A stretch of DNA of 64,000 nucleotides from NCBI GenBank assembly GCA_038850285.1, contig JAWCMA010000001.1, positions 53,168 to 117,167 of the forward strand, written 5' to 3'. The notes below the pieces were generated by a model, which was not told the origin of the DNA, did not search any database, and saw nothing but the letters and a program-made list of their open reading frames with translations. The position numbers and the translations under genes were made by a program. The DNA comes from Methanocellales archaeon (lineage in GTDB: Archaea > Halobacteriota > JAWCLZ01). Shown here piece by piece: positions 10,458-20,211 of the stretch (positions within the stretch are counted from its first letter, which is position 1; the number at the start of each line of letters is the position of its first letter).

Positions 10458-10874
10458 CTATCTATGCTCCATCAGTCGCTTGCGATCCAAGATATGGAAG
10501 ACTTCAAAGCCAAGTTTGATGAGCTCGCTTGAGATAAACCTTCGATGGCAGCGAAAGAATAGTAATTGTGAGCACATGATAGCTGTTTGCTTATTGCGTG
10601 CAATTTCAAGTAGAATTTGCAATCCTTTTTTAAATTCCTCAGTCTGAGTGTATTTAAGATACCCCCCACTTCTATATCCACCAAGTTCTTTGATATGGAT
10701 ATATTCAATCCCTGCTCTTTCAATGTTTTCCTTCAAGTTTTCTTTTTTAAAATGCTCGAATTTAGAAGTTGGAAATCGGCGTACATCTATAAGGGCTTTT
10801 ATTCCATATTCCTTGAGCAGTGAAATAAACTCCTCTAAAGTGCGATTGCTAGTGCCAATTGTATATACCTTCAT
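10458..10874 (-). CDS. DUF488 family protein
   Basis: YTIGTSNR, DVRRFPTS, LGG, MC...RCHR. Confidence 0.85.
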   Translation of the reverse strand: MKVYTIGTSNRTLEEFISLLKEYGIKALIDVRRFPTSKFEHFKKENLKENIERAGIEYIHIKELGGYRSGGYLKYTQTEEFKKGLQILLEIARNKQTAIMCSQLLFFRCHRRFISSELIKLGFEVFHILDRKRLMEHR

Positions 10875-10924
10875 TAAAACTTAATATAAAATAAGAATTA
10901 TTTATTTTTTCCGCAGGTTTGCCT

Positions 10925-11440
10925 TCAATCAATTTCTTCTTCCACTATAAGAGTTTTTTCCCCTCTCTGAAGTGCAACCTTGCCAGTGCGAACCATCTCC
11001 TTTATGCCAAATTGCTTCAGCAGTTGACTCATTGCATTGATCTTATTCTCATCCCCAGTGACTTCAACGATCAAGCTATTTGGCGCTACATCGATTATCC
11101 TAGCCCTGAATATATCAACTATTTGCATGATTTCTGATCGAGTTTTTTGATCAGCATTTACTTTAATCAGCGCAAGTTCTCGACCTACTGATTCTTCATC
11201 CTCTAGATAGCCAACTTTTATGACTTCAATTAACTTATTCACCTGCTTCATAACTTGATCAAGCACTCGCTGGTCACCTTCAACCACGATTGTCATCCTT
11301 GAAATCTTGGGATTCTCAGTTACGCCCACAGCTAAACTATCAATATTGAAACCACGCCGCCTGAACAAGCCAGCTGTTCTCGCAAGCACGCCTGGTTTAT
11401 TTTCAACAATAACTGATAGAGTATGCTTCATCTCCATCAC
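10925..11440 (-). CDS. ilvH: acetolactate synthase small regulatory subunit
   Basis: VENKPGVLAR..GLFRRRGFNIDSLAVG ACT domain, RELALIKV, EMVRTG. Confidence 0.95.
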   Translation of the reverse strand: MMEMKHTLSVIVENKPGVLARTAGLFRRRGFNIDSLAVGVTENPKISRMTIVVEGDQRVLDQVMKQVNKLIEVIKVGYLEDEESVGRELALIKVNADQKTRSEIMQIVDIFRARIIDVAPNSLIVEVTGDENKINAMSQLLKQFGIKEMVRTGKVALQRGEKTLIVEEEID

Positions 11441-11503
11441 TCATCGCGTATATCGAAGATAGCAGTTGCATAATATCAATCTTTTGGCGCGAAACTAAAT
11501 TTA

Positions 11504-11575
11504 TGCCCCAGTCGGGATTTGAACCCGAGTCTTAGGCTCCGCAGGCCCAAAGGATATCCGCTACCCCACTGGGGC
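11504..11575 (-). tRNA. tRNA-Arg (anticodon GCG), no intron, CCA not encoded
   Basis: Reverse complement folds as a cloverleaf: acceptor GCCCCAG/CTGGGGC, anticodon arm TGGGC-CTGCGGA-GCCTA, T arm TCGGG-TTCAAAT-CCCGA. Confidence 0.95.
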
Positions 11576-11711
11576 TCTTTTTAAATTTGAACTGCATTAC
11601 CATAAAGCTGTCTATTGCTTATGCATTAACATTGCAAAACAATATTGGATTTAAAAACCAATATCTTTATCTCATTCAAAACAAATATTGCTGCCGAAAA
11701 TCTCGGCAATT

Positions 11712-12779
11712 ATGAATAGAGAATTAAAACTTAAGCTTCTATGTCAAGGAATGCGAATAGACCCAAGTAGTGGTGTAGGAAAGGGGAGGACAGCTGGAGC
11801 TGGGCCATTGGGGCAGTTCATTATAATAGATGGGCGGGGAATCAATGTTCCAACCAGTGGAGAAGCGGAGAATTCCCCTTTCCTATTGGTGAAAGAGGGG
11901 GGAAAGTTAAAGATCAAGGCTGAGGAGATAGAGATAGAGGTAAAGCTCCCTGAGCGCGTTAAATATTACAGTCAAATTACCTCAGATGGCATACCAATGA
12001 GAATGATAGCCCTGCGCCACGGAATAGATGTGCTTGCATCCACAGTTTATCAAAAATGCTTGAATTGGGAATATGGTAAAGCATGCAAATTCTGTGCAAT
12101 TGAAACTTCCTTAGAAAAAGGTATAACAACGCTCTTAAAAACACCAGCTCAACTTGCTGAAGTTGCAGAGGCTGCTTGGAAAAATGGAGATGCAGTTCAC
12201 GCAACACTTACAACTGGCGTGCCTAATTACGAGGATAGGGGAGCCAAGCTCTTGGGAGAGGCAACAAAGGCTATTAAAAAAGCAGTACCAGAAATGAAAG
12301 TGCACGTGCAACTAACTCCGCCTTTAAACTATGCTTATTTTGACTACCTCGCTGATTCTGGTGTTGATACCATTGGCTTGCATTTAGAAAGCGCTGATAT
12401 TGAAGTTTTAAGCAAAATCTGCCCAGCAAAGGCTGAACTTGGAGTTGAACATTTTTATAATGCAATAAAATACTGCGTTGGTATATTTGGTGAAAACCAA
12501 GTTAGCTCTTTCTTGATCGCTGGCCTGGGAGAAAAGCAAAGTAGTATCTTCAAAGCCTGTGAGCGTCTATCTCAAATTGGCGCTGTTTCCTACATAGTTC
12601 CTTTTAGACCCCTGCCGAGTACGCCTCTCAGAAGCTGGAAAATGCCAAGCTATGAATACATGCACGAGGTCTATGTGGAATGCGGCTTAATTATGAAGCA
12701 ATATGGCATAAAGCCTCATAGAAACAAAGCTGGGTGCGTGCGCTGCGGAGGATGCTCTTTAATTCAAGATTATATTTAA
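11712..12779 (+). CDS. radical SAM protein, MSMEG_0568-like family
   Basis: R..GAGP, ALRHG.DVLASTV.Q.C, extended CLNWEYGKACKFC motif, C-terminal AGCVRCGGCS. Confidence 0.78.
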   Translation: MNRELKLKLLCQGMRIDPSSGVGKGRTAGAGPLGQFIIIDGRGINVPTSGEAENSPFLLVKEGGKLKIKAEEIEIEVKLPERVKYYSQITSDGIPMRMIALRHGIDVLASTVYQKCLNWEYGKACKFCAIETSLEKGITTLLKTPAQLAEVAEAAWKNGDAVHATLTTGVPNYEDRGAKLLGEATKAIKKAVPEMKVHVQLTPPLNYAYFDYLADSGVDTIGLHLESADIEVLSKICPAKAELGVEHFYNAIKYCVGIFGENQVSSFLIAGLGEKQSSIFKACERLSQIGAVSYIVPFRPLPSTPLRSWKMPSYEYMHEVYVECGLIMKQYGIKPHRNKAGCVRCGGCSLIQDYI

Positions 12780-12804
12780 ATCTTTTAACTACATAAAAAC
12801 GTAT

Positions 12805-13089
12805 ATGGAAAAATACAAAGAAAAATACAAAGTTAGAATGAAGCAGGCTGACCTACGTGGAATACCACCTTGCTATCTTAAAAATGCCATCGATGCCATA
12901 CCATCGATTTTAAAAGAAATTCTCCACTCAGAGGGCTGCAGGGAAGAGGGAGATAAATTCAAGTTTGGAGGGGGATATGTGAAGATAAGCAGTGATGCAG
13001 TTCTTGAAATTGAAGGATTGAGCCAAACTGAGAAGGAAAAAATATTATCCAAACTTAAGATATTTGAAGTTCAACGAATAGAAACTTGA
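12805..13089 (+). CDS. hypothetical protein
   Basis: 94-aa ORF filling the gap between genes; no recognised motif. Confidence 0.55.
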   Translation: MEKYKEKYKVRMKQADLRGIPPCYLKNAIDAIPSILKEILHSEGCREEGDKFKFGGGYVKISSDAVLEIEGLSQTEKEKILSKLKIFEVQRIET

Positions 13090-13096
13090 GAGAAAT

Positions 13097-14179
13097 CTAG
13101 AGAAATTTAAAAGGCTTTTTAATATACCGCCCTCTTATTAAAATCTCCAAGCCGCATTTTGGGCATTTTTTATCCTCGCCAAGTATATAATCCACAACTT
13201 GATATCCAACTCTAACTATCAAAAGCTCGCCGCAGTTAGGGCAGTAGGTATTTTCATATCTATGTCCGTGAACATTGCCAATGTAGGGATACATTATGCC
13301 CTCTTTCTTCGCAGCTTCATACGCCCTCTCTAAGATTTCAACTTTAGTTGGTGGCTTGCGATAAAGAAATGCAGGATAGTAGCGAGTGAAGTGAATAGGA
13401 ATATCAGGACCTGCATACTTTAAATGCTTATGAATTATCTCTTCAATGCAGGCTTCATCGTCATTGACTTCGGTGACAATTAGAAACACAAGTTCTAAAT
13501 GTAAACCTAGTTTTTTCGCCTCCATCACATTTCTCCAGATAGCTTCTGCTTTCACTCCTCCGCAGAACTTTTCATAAACTTGAGCATCGCCTTTAATATC
13601 GATCTTTAACCCATCTAAGCCAGCTTCTTTTAAATTGCGAAGTGCCTCTAAACTCATATAGCCATTGGATACAAAGCAATTGTAGAGTCCTTTTTCTCTA
13701 GAGAGCTTGAAACAGTCAAGTGCAAATTCATATAGCAAAGTTGGCTCTTGAAAACTTATGCAAAGTCCATTATCGTTTGATCGAAGCGCCATATCAACAA
13801 TTTCACTTGGCGAGAAAAACCTAGCTCTTCTTGGATCAGGCTCGGCCTTAGATAGCGAGTGATTCTGACACCATGGACACGAAAAGTTACAGCTCCAAGT
13901 GGAAAATGTAAGCGCTGTGGAGCCAGGGTAGTAGTGGAAAAATGGCTTGATTTCAATGGGCCTGCTCTCCACAGCTGAGATATCTCCGTACACAAGGGTA
14001 TATAACTCGCCATCTAGGTTAACGCGAGTTTTACAATAGCCTTTTCTACCATCGCTGATTTCGCAGCCCCGCATGCAGAGTTCGCATTTAACCTTGCCTT
14101 CAGGGAGTTGCTTGTAGAGTTTAGCTGGCCTCACAACTGGGAAGCTCGAAAGGAGTACCATTATTAATAAAATGGTCAT
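13097..14179 (-). CDS. amrS: AmmeMemoRadiSam system radical SAM enzyme (PflA-like)
   Basis: CELCMRGC..G.C, PIEIKPFFHYYPG, CNFSCPWCQN, YIGNV, TYCPNCG; start may be ATG 14161. Confidence 0.85.
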   Translation of the reverse strand: MTILLIMVLLSSFPVVRPAKLYKQLPEGKVKCELCMRGCEISDGRKGYCKTRVNLDGELYTLVYGDISAVESRPIEIKPFFHYYPGSTALTFSTWSCNFSCPWCQNHSLSKAEPDPRRARFFSPSEIVDMALRSNDNGLCISFQEPTLLYEFALDCFKLSREKGLYNCFVSNGYMSLEALRNLKEAGLDGLKIDIKGDAQVYEKFCGGVKAEAIWRNVMEAKKLGLHLELVFLIVTEVNDDEACIEEIIHKHLKYAGPDIPIHFTRYYPAFLYRKPPTKVEILERAYEAAKKEGIMYPYIGNVHGHRYENTYCPNCGELLIVRVGYQVVDYILGEDKKCPKCGLEILIRGRYIKKPFKFL

Positions 14180-14258
14180 TTAAAGCTTATTCTTTTCCTA
14201 ATTTAAAATCAATTTGAGTCAAAATTCTTATTTTTAAGTAAATTTAATTGATAGGTAT

Positions 14259-15092
14259 ATGAAGCAGAAGCTGGAATTCTACAAGCTGCAGGCGAATGGC
14301 AATGATTTCATTTTAATCGATGAATTCAAAGAAATAGTAATTCCTGATGGAGAAAAAGCTAAGTTTGCAGTGAAATACTGCAATAGGAGATTTGGAATAG
14401 GTGGCGATGGGGTTTTATTTCTAGGCAGCTCTGAAATAGCTGATTTAAAAATGCGTCTTTTTCAACAGGATGAATCTGAAGCTGAGATGTGCGGCAATGG
14501 CGTGCGGTGCTTGGTAAAACATGCCATCGATAAAGGCTATGTAAAACTCGGGAGGTGCACTGTTGAGACTTTGGCAGGTGTAATTGCAGTTGAAACGCGA
14601 AGAGAACTTGGGAAAATCTTGGCAAAGGTAAATATAGGCAAGCCTAAATTCGACTGCAAATCCATCCCTGCCCTAGGAGAGGGTGAGTTTTTGGAGAGGG
14701 AAGTAGAGGGATATAAGATTTCAGCAGTGAATACAGGTGTTCCTCACGCAGTGATCTTCGTCTCCGATCTCGAGTTTCCAATAAATACAATTGCCCCGAA
14801 GATTAGGTATTCCAAAGTCTTTCCAAAGGGAGCGAATGTTAATTTTGTCAAGCTTGAAGAAAAAAGCCTGAGGATTAGAACATATGAGCGTGGAGTTGAG
14901 GATGAAACCCTCAGTTGTGGAACAGGTGCTGTTGCTAGTGCAGCGATAGCTAATAGACTTGGATTGATTGGAAATGAAGTTGATGTATATACAAAGGGTG
15001 GTTTGCTTAGAATTTTTCTAAAAGATGGAAATGCATATCTCGAGGGAACTTGCGAAACTGTCTATCGCGGAGAGATTATGGAAAATGTATAA
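14259..15092 (+). CDS. dapF: diaminopimelate epimerase
   Basis: GNDF, GIGGDG, EMCGNG, NTGVPH, ERGVEDETLSCGTG. Confidence 0.95.
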   Translation: MKQKLEFYKLQANGNDFILIDEFKEIVIPDGEKAKFAVKYCNRRFGIGGDGVLFLGSSEIADLKMRLFQQDESEAEMCGNGVRCLVKHAIDKGYVKLGRCTVETLAGVIAVETRRELGKILAKVNIGKPKFDCKSIPALGEGEFLEREVEGYKISAVNTGVPHAVIFVSDLEFPINTIAPKIRYSKVFPKGANVNFVKLEEKSLRIRTYERGVEDETLSCGTGAVASAAIANRLGLIGNEVDVYTKGGLLRIFLKDGNAYLEGTCETVYRGEIMENV

Positions 15093-15204
15093 TTTTTTTA
15101 GTGTTTTTTCGAAAGGACAAGATTGACACTTTATTTGACAACTATATCTATATATCAATTGATTTAAATAGTTGCAGAAAATAAATTGTAATGGTGAATA
15201 CCAA

Positions 15205-15477
15205 ATGAAGCCCGGTGAGATACCGGTAAAGAGTATAGAGTTGAAGAGGGGGAAATTCGAGGTATATAGAGTTGGAAACATGCGATTCGAGCGGTTATCA
15301 GACTGCGGAGAGCCTGGGAAGGACCTGTGGATTGGATTCATCGAGAGTGGCGATAAAGATATACCTGTTTATGCTCGAAAAGGGGAGGGCTTTACATTAG
15401 AGGAAATTAGGAAATGCTGGGAATCAACGGGGAAATTTTTAGATAGCGTTGAGAAAAAAGTTAAGAAGACCAAATAA
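15205..15477 (+). CDS. hypothetical protein
   Basis: About 90-aa ORF; ATG 15205 preceded by GGTGA; no recognised motif. Confidence 0.55.
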   Translation: MKPGEIPVKSIELKRGKFEVYRVGNMRFERLSDCGEPGKDLWIGFIESGDKDIPVYARKGEGFTLEEIRKCWESTGKFLDSVEKKVKKTK

Positions 15478-15575
15478 TTTTAATAAATTTATATTTCTCC
15501 CCATTGCTGGAAAAAGTCTACATTGCTGGAAAAGTCTATTATCCTATAGCTCAATTCTTTTTTCCAAGTGAGAAT

Positions 15576-16553
15576 ATGAAGATGAAAACCCTAATTTTAA
15601 CTTCTCAAGATGTGAAGAAAGTAATAAAAATGGAGCAAGTGATTGAAGCAATGGAAGAATGCTTTAGAGAACACGGCTTGGGAAAAACGATTATGCCTGC
15701 GAAGGTCTACATCAATCTACCGCAATACGCTGGGGATTTCAGAGCCATGCCTAGCTATATTAAAGATGTTGCTGGAGTGAAATGGGTGAATGTTCATTTG
15801 AATAATCGAGAGAAAAATCTCCCAACGGTTATGGCAGTTTATATCTATAGCGATCCAACCACTGGTTTTCCCCTCGCTATAATGGATGGAACCTTGATAA
15901 CAAGCTATAGAACTGGTGCTGGAGCAGCAGTTGCCTCGAAGTACCTCGCGAGGGGGGATTCAAAAACACTGGGCTTAGTGGGCTGCGGTGTTCAAGCTTA
16001 TACCCAGCTACTTGCCATCAGCAAGCTCTTTCAACTTGAGGAAGTGAAGATATATGATATCTCAAGTAAAGCAATGGATGAATTCGCAGAGAGAAATAAA
16101 GATTTCAACATCTCTAAAACTTCCCTCAAAAACGCAGTTGCCTGTGATATTGTTTCCACCACTACACCCTCTAGGTCTCCAATTGTGAAACGCGCTTGGA
16201 TTAAAAAGGGCACGCATATAAATGCAATTGGCGCAGACGCACCTGGCAAAGAAGAGCTTGACCCTAAGATTTTGCTCGACGCAAAAGTAGTGGTAGACGA
16301 CTACGAACAAGCGTGGCACAGCGGGGAAATCAATGTACCTGCTAGTAAAAAAATCTTGACCCGCAAGGATATCTATGCTTCCCTAGGAGAGATCGTAGCG
16401 GGAATTAAAAAAGGCCGCATTGGTAAAGAGATAACGGTTTTTGACTCAACTGGACTAGCAATTCAAGATGCAGTTACCGCGAGAACTATTTATACTGCTG
16501 CGAAGCAGATGAATTTGGGAATGGAAGTAGATCTAATTGGGGAGGGCACATGA
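15576..16553 (+). CDS. ala: archaeal alanine dehydrogenase (ornithine cyclodeaminase/mu-crystallin family)
   Basis: MPAKVY, GDFRAMP, GVKWVNVH, RTGA, GADAPGKEE, FDSTGLAIQD. Confidence 0.85.
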   Translation: MKMKTLILTSQDVKKVIKMEQVIEAMEECFREHGLGKTIMPAKVYINLPQYAGDFRAMPSYIKDVAGVKWVNVHLNNREKNLPTVMAVYIYSDPTTGFPLAIMDGTLITSYRTGAGAAVASKYLARGDSKTLGLVGCGVQAYTQLLAISKLFQLEEVKIYDISSKAMDEFAERNKDFNISKTSLKNAVACDIVSTTTPSRSPIVKRAWIKKGTHINAIGADAPGKEELDPKILLDAKVVVDDYEQAWHSGEINVPASKKILTRKDIYASLGEIVAGIKKGRIGKEITVFDSTGLAIQDAVTARTIYTAAKQMNLGMEVDLIGEGT

Positions 16554-17221
16554 TTTATAGAAAATGGCGCCACATTACTAAGTTAGATCCAGATCGAAAG
16601 ATCACTCAAGGTGATATCGATAGAATAGCGACTAGTGGCACAGATGCAATAATGATCGGCGGTACTCAGAAAATAACTCCAGCGAAGGTGAAGCGCTTGA
16701 TATCCATGCTCAAGAGGCATAAAATTCCTAAAATACTTGAGCCATCGAAGCCAGAAGCAGTATGCTATGAAGATGTAGATGCAGTCTTTGTGCCAAGTGT
16801 TATAAATACTCAAGATATAACTTGGCTGATAGGCAAGCATCGAGAATGGGTGCAGCACTACCAAGTGAGGTGGGAAAAAATCGTACCAGAGGCATATATA
16901 GTGCTAAACCCTGACTCAGCAGTTGCAAATCTCACTAAATCGAGAACAAATCTAAGCAAAGAAGAAGTCGCAGCCTACGCTAGACTCGCGGAGAATTACT
17001 TTAAATTTCCAATAGTATACATAGAATATAGCGGTAAATATGGAGATCCAGAAGTCGTGAAAGCTGCGAAGGAGAGCTTGAAAAAAGCCGCTTTATTCTA
17101 CGGCGGGGGGATAGCCTCTAGAGAGCAAGCCCTTGAGATGAAGAAATACGCGGATACCATTATAGTTGGAAATGCAGTTTATGAGGCTGGGTTTGAAAGA
17201 TTCCTTGAGACAATAGTTTAA
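16550..17221 (+). CDS. geranylgeranylglyceryl phosphate synthase, group I (PcrB-like)
   Basis: WRHITKLDPD, SGTDAIMIGGT, EAYIVLNPDS, YIEYSG, FYGGGI, VGN. Confidence 0.92.
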   Translation: MIYRKWRHITKLDPDRKITQGDIDRIATSGTDAIMIGGTQKITPAKVKRLISMLKRHKIPKILEPSKPEAVCYEDVDAVFVPSVINTQDITWLIGKHREWVQHYQVRWEKIVPEAYIVLNPDSAVANLTKSRTNLSKEEVAAYARLAENYFKFPIVYIEYSGKYGDPEVVKAAKESLKKAALFYGGGIASREQALEMKKYADTIIVGNAVYEAGFERFLETIV

Positions 17222-17224
17222 GCT

Positions 17225-17280
17225 GCTAATTATAAGCTAATTATTAAGCTAAATTAAGCTAATTATTAAGCTAATTTATT
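17225..17280. repeat. degenerate 10-12 bp tandem repeat GCTAATTA(T)TAA, about 5 copies
   Basis: Read directly in the intergenic region. Confidence 0.8.
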
Positions 17281-17317
17281 AAATATTAAATACCCAAAAG
17301 CTTTATATTAATTTAAG

Positions 17318-17731
17318 ATGAATCCCATTTCCCTTATACCTGCTTTATTCATATTTGCAGTAATTGCAATCTTCATCCTCTTCATAGCTTTAGCTATATT
17401 CAGTGCAGCGAACTTCGGTGGGTTAATAATGATAGGCCCCATTCCAATTGCATTTGGATCTACAACTGAGGTCACAACTATAGCAATGGTGATTGGACTC
17501 CTACTTATCATAGTTTACTTCCTATTCCTCTTCCTCCTCCGACGTGGAATGGAAAGGGAAATGGAGAAGCCAGAGCAGCTTGAGCGAAGAACAGAGGTCA
17601 AGGGAGGGGGCGTGGTAATGATAGGCCCCATTCCCGTAATATTTGGCTCAGACATGAGGTATGCTTCCTTGGCAATAGCACTAACTATAATTTTAATGCT
17701 CCTCGCGCTGATATTGATGTTTGCAATATAG
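17318..17731 (+). CDS. DUF131 (TIGR00304) membrane protein with two internal repeats
   Basis: GGLIMIGPIPIAFGS and GGVVMIGPIPVIFGS. Confidence 0.85.
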   Translation: MNPISLIPALFIFAVIAIFILFIALAIFSAANFGGLIMIGPIPIAFGSTTEVTTIAMVIGLLLIIVYFLFLFLLRRGMEREMEKPEQLERRTEVKGGGVVMIGPIPVIFGSDMRYASLAIALTIILMLLALILMFAI

Positions 17732-17804
17732 CTCATTTAATTGCAAGTTTCTTCATTTAATTTTTGCAAGTTTCTTTATACTTGAACTGGTAATTCTATT
17801 AACA

Positions 17805-18626
17805 ATGGAGCTAAAAAGACTTGCAATTGTCACAAAACCTAGCTCGAGAGAAGCAGTTGAAATAGCTAGGAAAATAATAGCTGCATTTGAAGGAAAAGTG
17901 GATTTCACTTTAGACCCAAAAACTGCTCTAGCTCTTGGTATTGCTAAAGGCAAGCCTATTAGAAGGATGGATGTAGATTTAATAGTGGTTATCGGCGGGG
18001 ATGGCACAGTTCTGCGCACTCTCCAAAGGCTAATTAAACCAGTTCCAGTGATTGGAATTAACATAGGCGAGGTGGGATTTTTAGCGGATTTGAATCCAGA
18101 CAATGCTATTGCAGGGATCAACTCCCTGCTTCAAGGCTTTGAAGTAGAGAAGCGAATGCGCCTAGCTGTTAGCATAAATGAAAGATCACTCCCCCCAGCG
18201 GTGAATGAAGCAGTAATTGTAACAGCTAGACCCGCAAAGATAAGCCATTTTAAACTCTCGATTGATAATCGAAAACTCGATGAATTTCGAGCTGATGGTG
18301 TGGTTATAGCAACCCCAACTGGCTCAACAGCATATGCAATGAGCGCAGGTGGACCAATAATTGATCCCAGAGTAGATGCCTTTATCATAGTACCACTTGC
18401 ACCATTTAAACTCTCAGCTAGACCTTGGGTGGTGCCAGCTGAGAGCGAGATCTCAGTTGAAATACTCCGCCCTGATAAGGAATCAGTTTTGGTTGTTGAT
18501 GGCCAATTCAAGCAAATTGTTAGAATGAATGATAAAATCAAATTCACTAAATCAAAATCTCCAGCGTTTTTCGTTAAAACCTCCAAGGATTTTTACTCCA
18601 AGGTTAGAGATAAACTTGTGATCTAG
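17805..18626 (+). CDS. nadK: NAD kinase
   Basis: GGDGT, GFL, NE, DGVVIATPTGSTAYAMSAGGP; ATG 17805 chosen. Confidence 0.95.
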   Translation: MELKRLAIVTKPSSREAVEIARKIIAAFEGKVDFTLDPKTALALGIAKGKPIRRMDVDLIVVIGGDGTVLRTLQRLIKPVPVIGINIGEVGFLADLNPDNAIAGINSLLQGFEVEKRMRLAVSINERSLPPAVNEAVIVTARPAKISHFKLSIDNRKLDEFRADGVVIATPTGSTAYAMSAGGPIIDPRVDAFIIVPLAPFKLSARPWVVPAESEISVEILRPDKESVLVVDGQFKQIVRMNDKIKFTKSKSPAFFVKTSKDFYSKVRDKLVI

Positions 18627-18689
18627 AGAAATTAATTGTGATCTAAATGGAGAAATTAAAGTAATGTGATCTAAATGGAGAAATTAAAG
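18617..18689. repeat. tandem duplication with 28-bp period (TGTGATCTAAATGGAGAAATTAAAG x2 plus a partial copy)
   Basis: Copies at 18637-18661 and 18665-18689; partial copy at 18617. Confidence 0.9.
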
Positions 18690-19100
18690 GCATATTTCGC
18701 TGGAGCCATGAAAGGAGGGAGGAAATATCTTGAGGAATATAAAGCAATTGTAAAACAGCTCCGGGATATGAACATCGATGTGCTCACTCAACATGTGATT
18801 GATAATTCACTTGATCTTGGCTTGACCAAGCAGCAGATCTTCCAACGAGACTTAAAATCCCTTCGAGAGGCGGATTTCGTGGTTGCTGAGGTCTCAATGC
18901 CAAGTTTGGGCGTTGGCTATGAAGTCTGCGAGGCTCTTCATTTAGGGAAGCCAACGCTATGCCTATGCCGTGAAGAGGTCGATCTATCTACATTGATAAA
19001 TGGAAATCCCTCTCCCCTCATTAGAATACAGAGATATCGCGATGTTCAAGAATGTGCTTCTATAATAAAGGAATTCATAAGAGAGTTCATCCAACGCTAG
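18675..19100 (+). CDS. nucleoside 2-deoxyribosyltransferase family (Rcl/DNPH1-like N-hydrolase)
   Basis: YFAGAMKGGR, VLTQHV, IFQRD, VAEVSMPSLGVGYE. Confidence 0.85.
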   Translation: MEKLKAYFAGAMKGGRKYLEEYKAIVKQLRDMNIDVLTQHVIDNSLDLGLTKQQIFQRDLKSLREADFVVAEVSMPSLGVGYEVCEALHLGKPTLCLCREEVDLSTLINGNPSPLIRIQRYRDVQECASIIKEFIREFIQR

Positions 19101-19140
19101 ATGGAAAAAGATTTATCGCTCTGCACCATCTTAGAAAAAT

Positions 19141-19785
19141 ATGGCTGGCTATCTTGAGAAAATAGAGGAAGCTGCGAAGAAATTCATGGAAAACTCTAAA
19201 CCAGCTCATGATTTTGACCACGTGAAGCGAGTGCTGCGCCTTGTAGAGCGAATAGGTAAAGCTGAAAATGGTGATCTTGAGATTCTACGTGCAGCTGCGT
19301 TTCTCCACGACATTGGAAGAATAGAGGAGGAAAAAACAGGGGAATGCCACGCTGAAAAAGGAGCACTTCTTGCTAGGAAAATTTTAATGGACTGCGGCTT
19401 TCCAGAGAGCAAGATAGAAGCTGTGCTACACTGTATAGAGAGCCATAGATTCAGGGGCAATTTAAAGCCACATAGCTTGGAGGCAAAAATTCTCTATGAT
19501 GCTGATAAACTCGATGCAATTGGGGCAATAGGAATAGCCAGAGCATATTCATTTGGAGGGGAAAGAGGCCAGAAATTATATACCAATAGCACCAAGGTGA
19601 ATAAATTTGAATTGAAAAAACAAATTGATCTAGAGCATACCCCTGTGGTGGAATTCGCTATAAAGCTGGGTAAAATAAAAGAGCACTTGTACACTAAAAC
19701 AGCGCGGGAAATCGCTAGAGGGAGACATAGGTTCATGGTTAAATTTTATGAGCGGTTGCAAAAAGAGGTCGAGGGCGAGCTTTAG
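19141..19785 (+). CDS. HD-domain phosphohydrolase
   Basis: HDFDHV.RV, LHDIG, HA..G, SHRF, DADKLDAIGAIG. Confidence 0.9.
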   Translation: MAGYLEKIEEAAKKFMENSKPAHDFDHVKRVLRLVERIGKAENGDLEILRAAAFLHDIGRIEEEKTGECHAEKGALLARKILMDCGFPESKIEAVLHCIESHRFRGNLKPHSLEAKILYDADKLDAIGAIGIARAYSFGGERGQKLYTNSTKVNKFELKKQIDLEHTPVVEFAIKLGKIKEHLYTKTAREIARGRHRFMVKFYERLQKEVEGEL

Positions 19786-19824
19786 CTCGTGGGAAATTTT
19801 ATATCTAAATAGTTCTAATTCTGC

Positions 19825-20211
19825 TTGGGTGCAATTGTTTTGACTAGCGAGATATCGCTGGTGAAGGGTGAGGGTAGAACAAAAATTTGCTTGTTAGCTA
19901 GAAAAATAGGCAGAGATTTAATTATAACCATAACAGGTGGGAGAGAGCACGCGGGTGCAATTGGGATTGGGTTATTTATAAATGACAAGGCAACTTCCTC
20001 GGTTATAACCCTTCCAAATCACAGGGAAGATGCAATAGCGAAGCAAGCAGCTGAGGAAATAGCTAAGGAGCTGAGGACAAATACAGTGGTTATAGCAGGT
20101 ATTCACTTGGATAATATTACTAGAGAGGAAATAGATGAAGTGGTAAAGAATTCAAAGACATTAGTCGCTGAACTTATCGCTGAATTTAAGAGAAGGGAGG
20201 GGGGAGTTTGA
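19825..20211 (+). CDS. LpdD-like (PAC4-fold) accessory protein of the UbiX/UbiD system
   Basis: GRDLIITITGG..HAGA, TLPNHRED, VVIAGIHLDNITREEI; overlaps the ubiX start. Confidence 0.7.
   Translation: MGAIVLTSEISLVKGEGRTKICLLARKIGRDLIITITGGREHAGAIGIGLFINDKATSSVITLPNHREDAIAKQAAEEIAKELRTNTVVIAGIHLDNITREEIDEVVKNSKTLVAELIAEFKRREGGV

Noticed and set aside
11504-13089. Integrated element at tRNA-Arg
   Set aside because: No integrase, and I saw no duplicated tRNA fragment in the window
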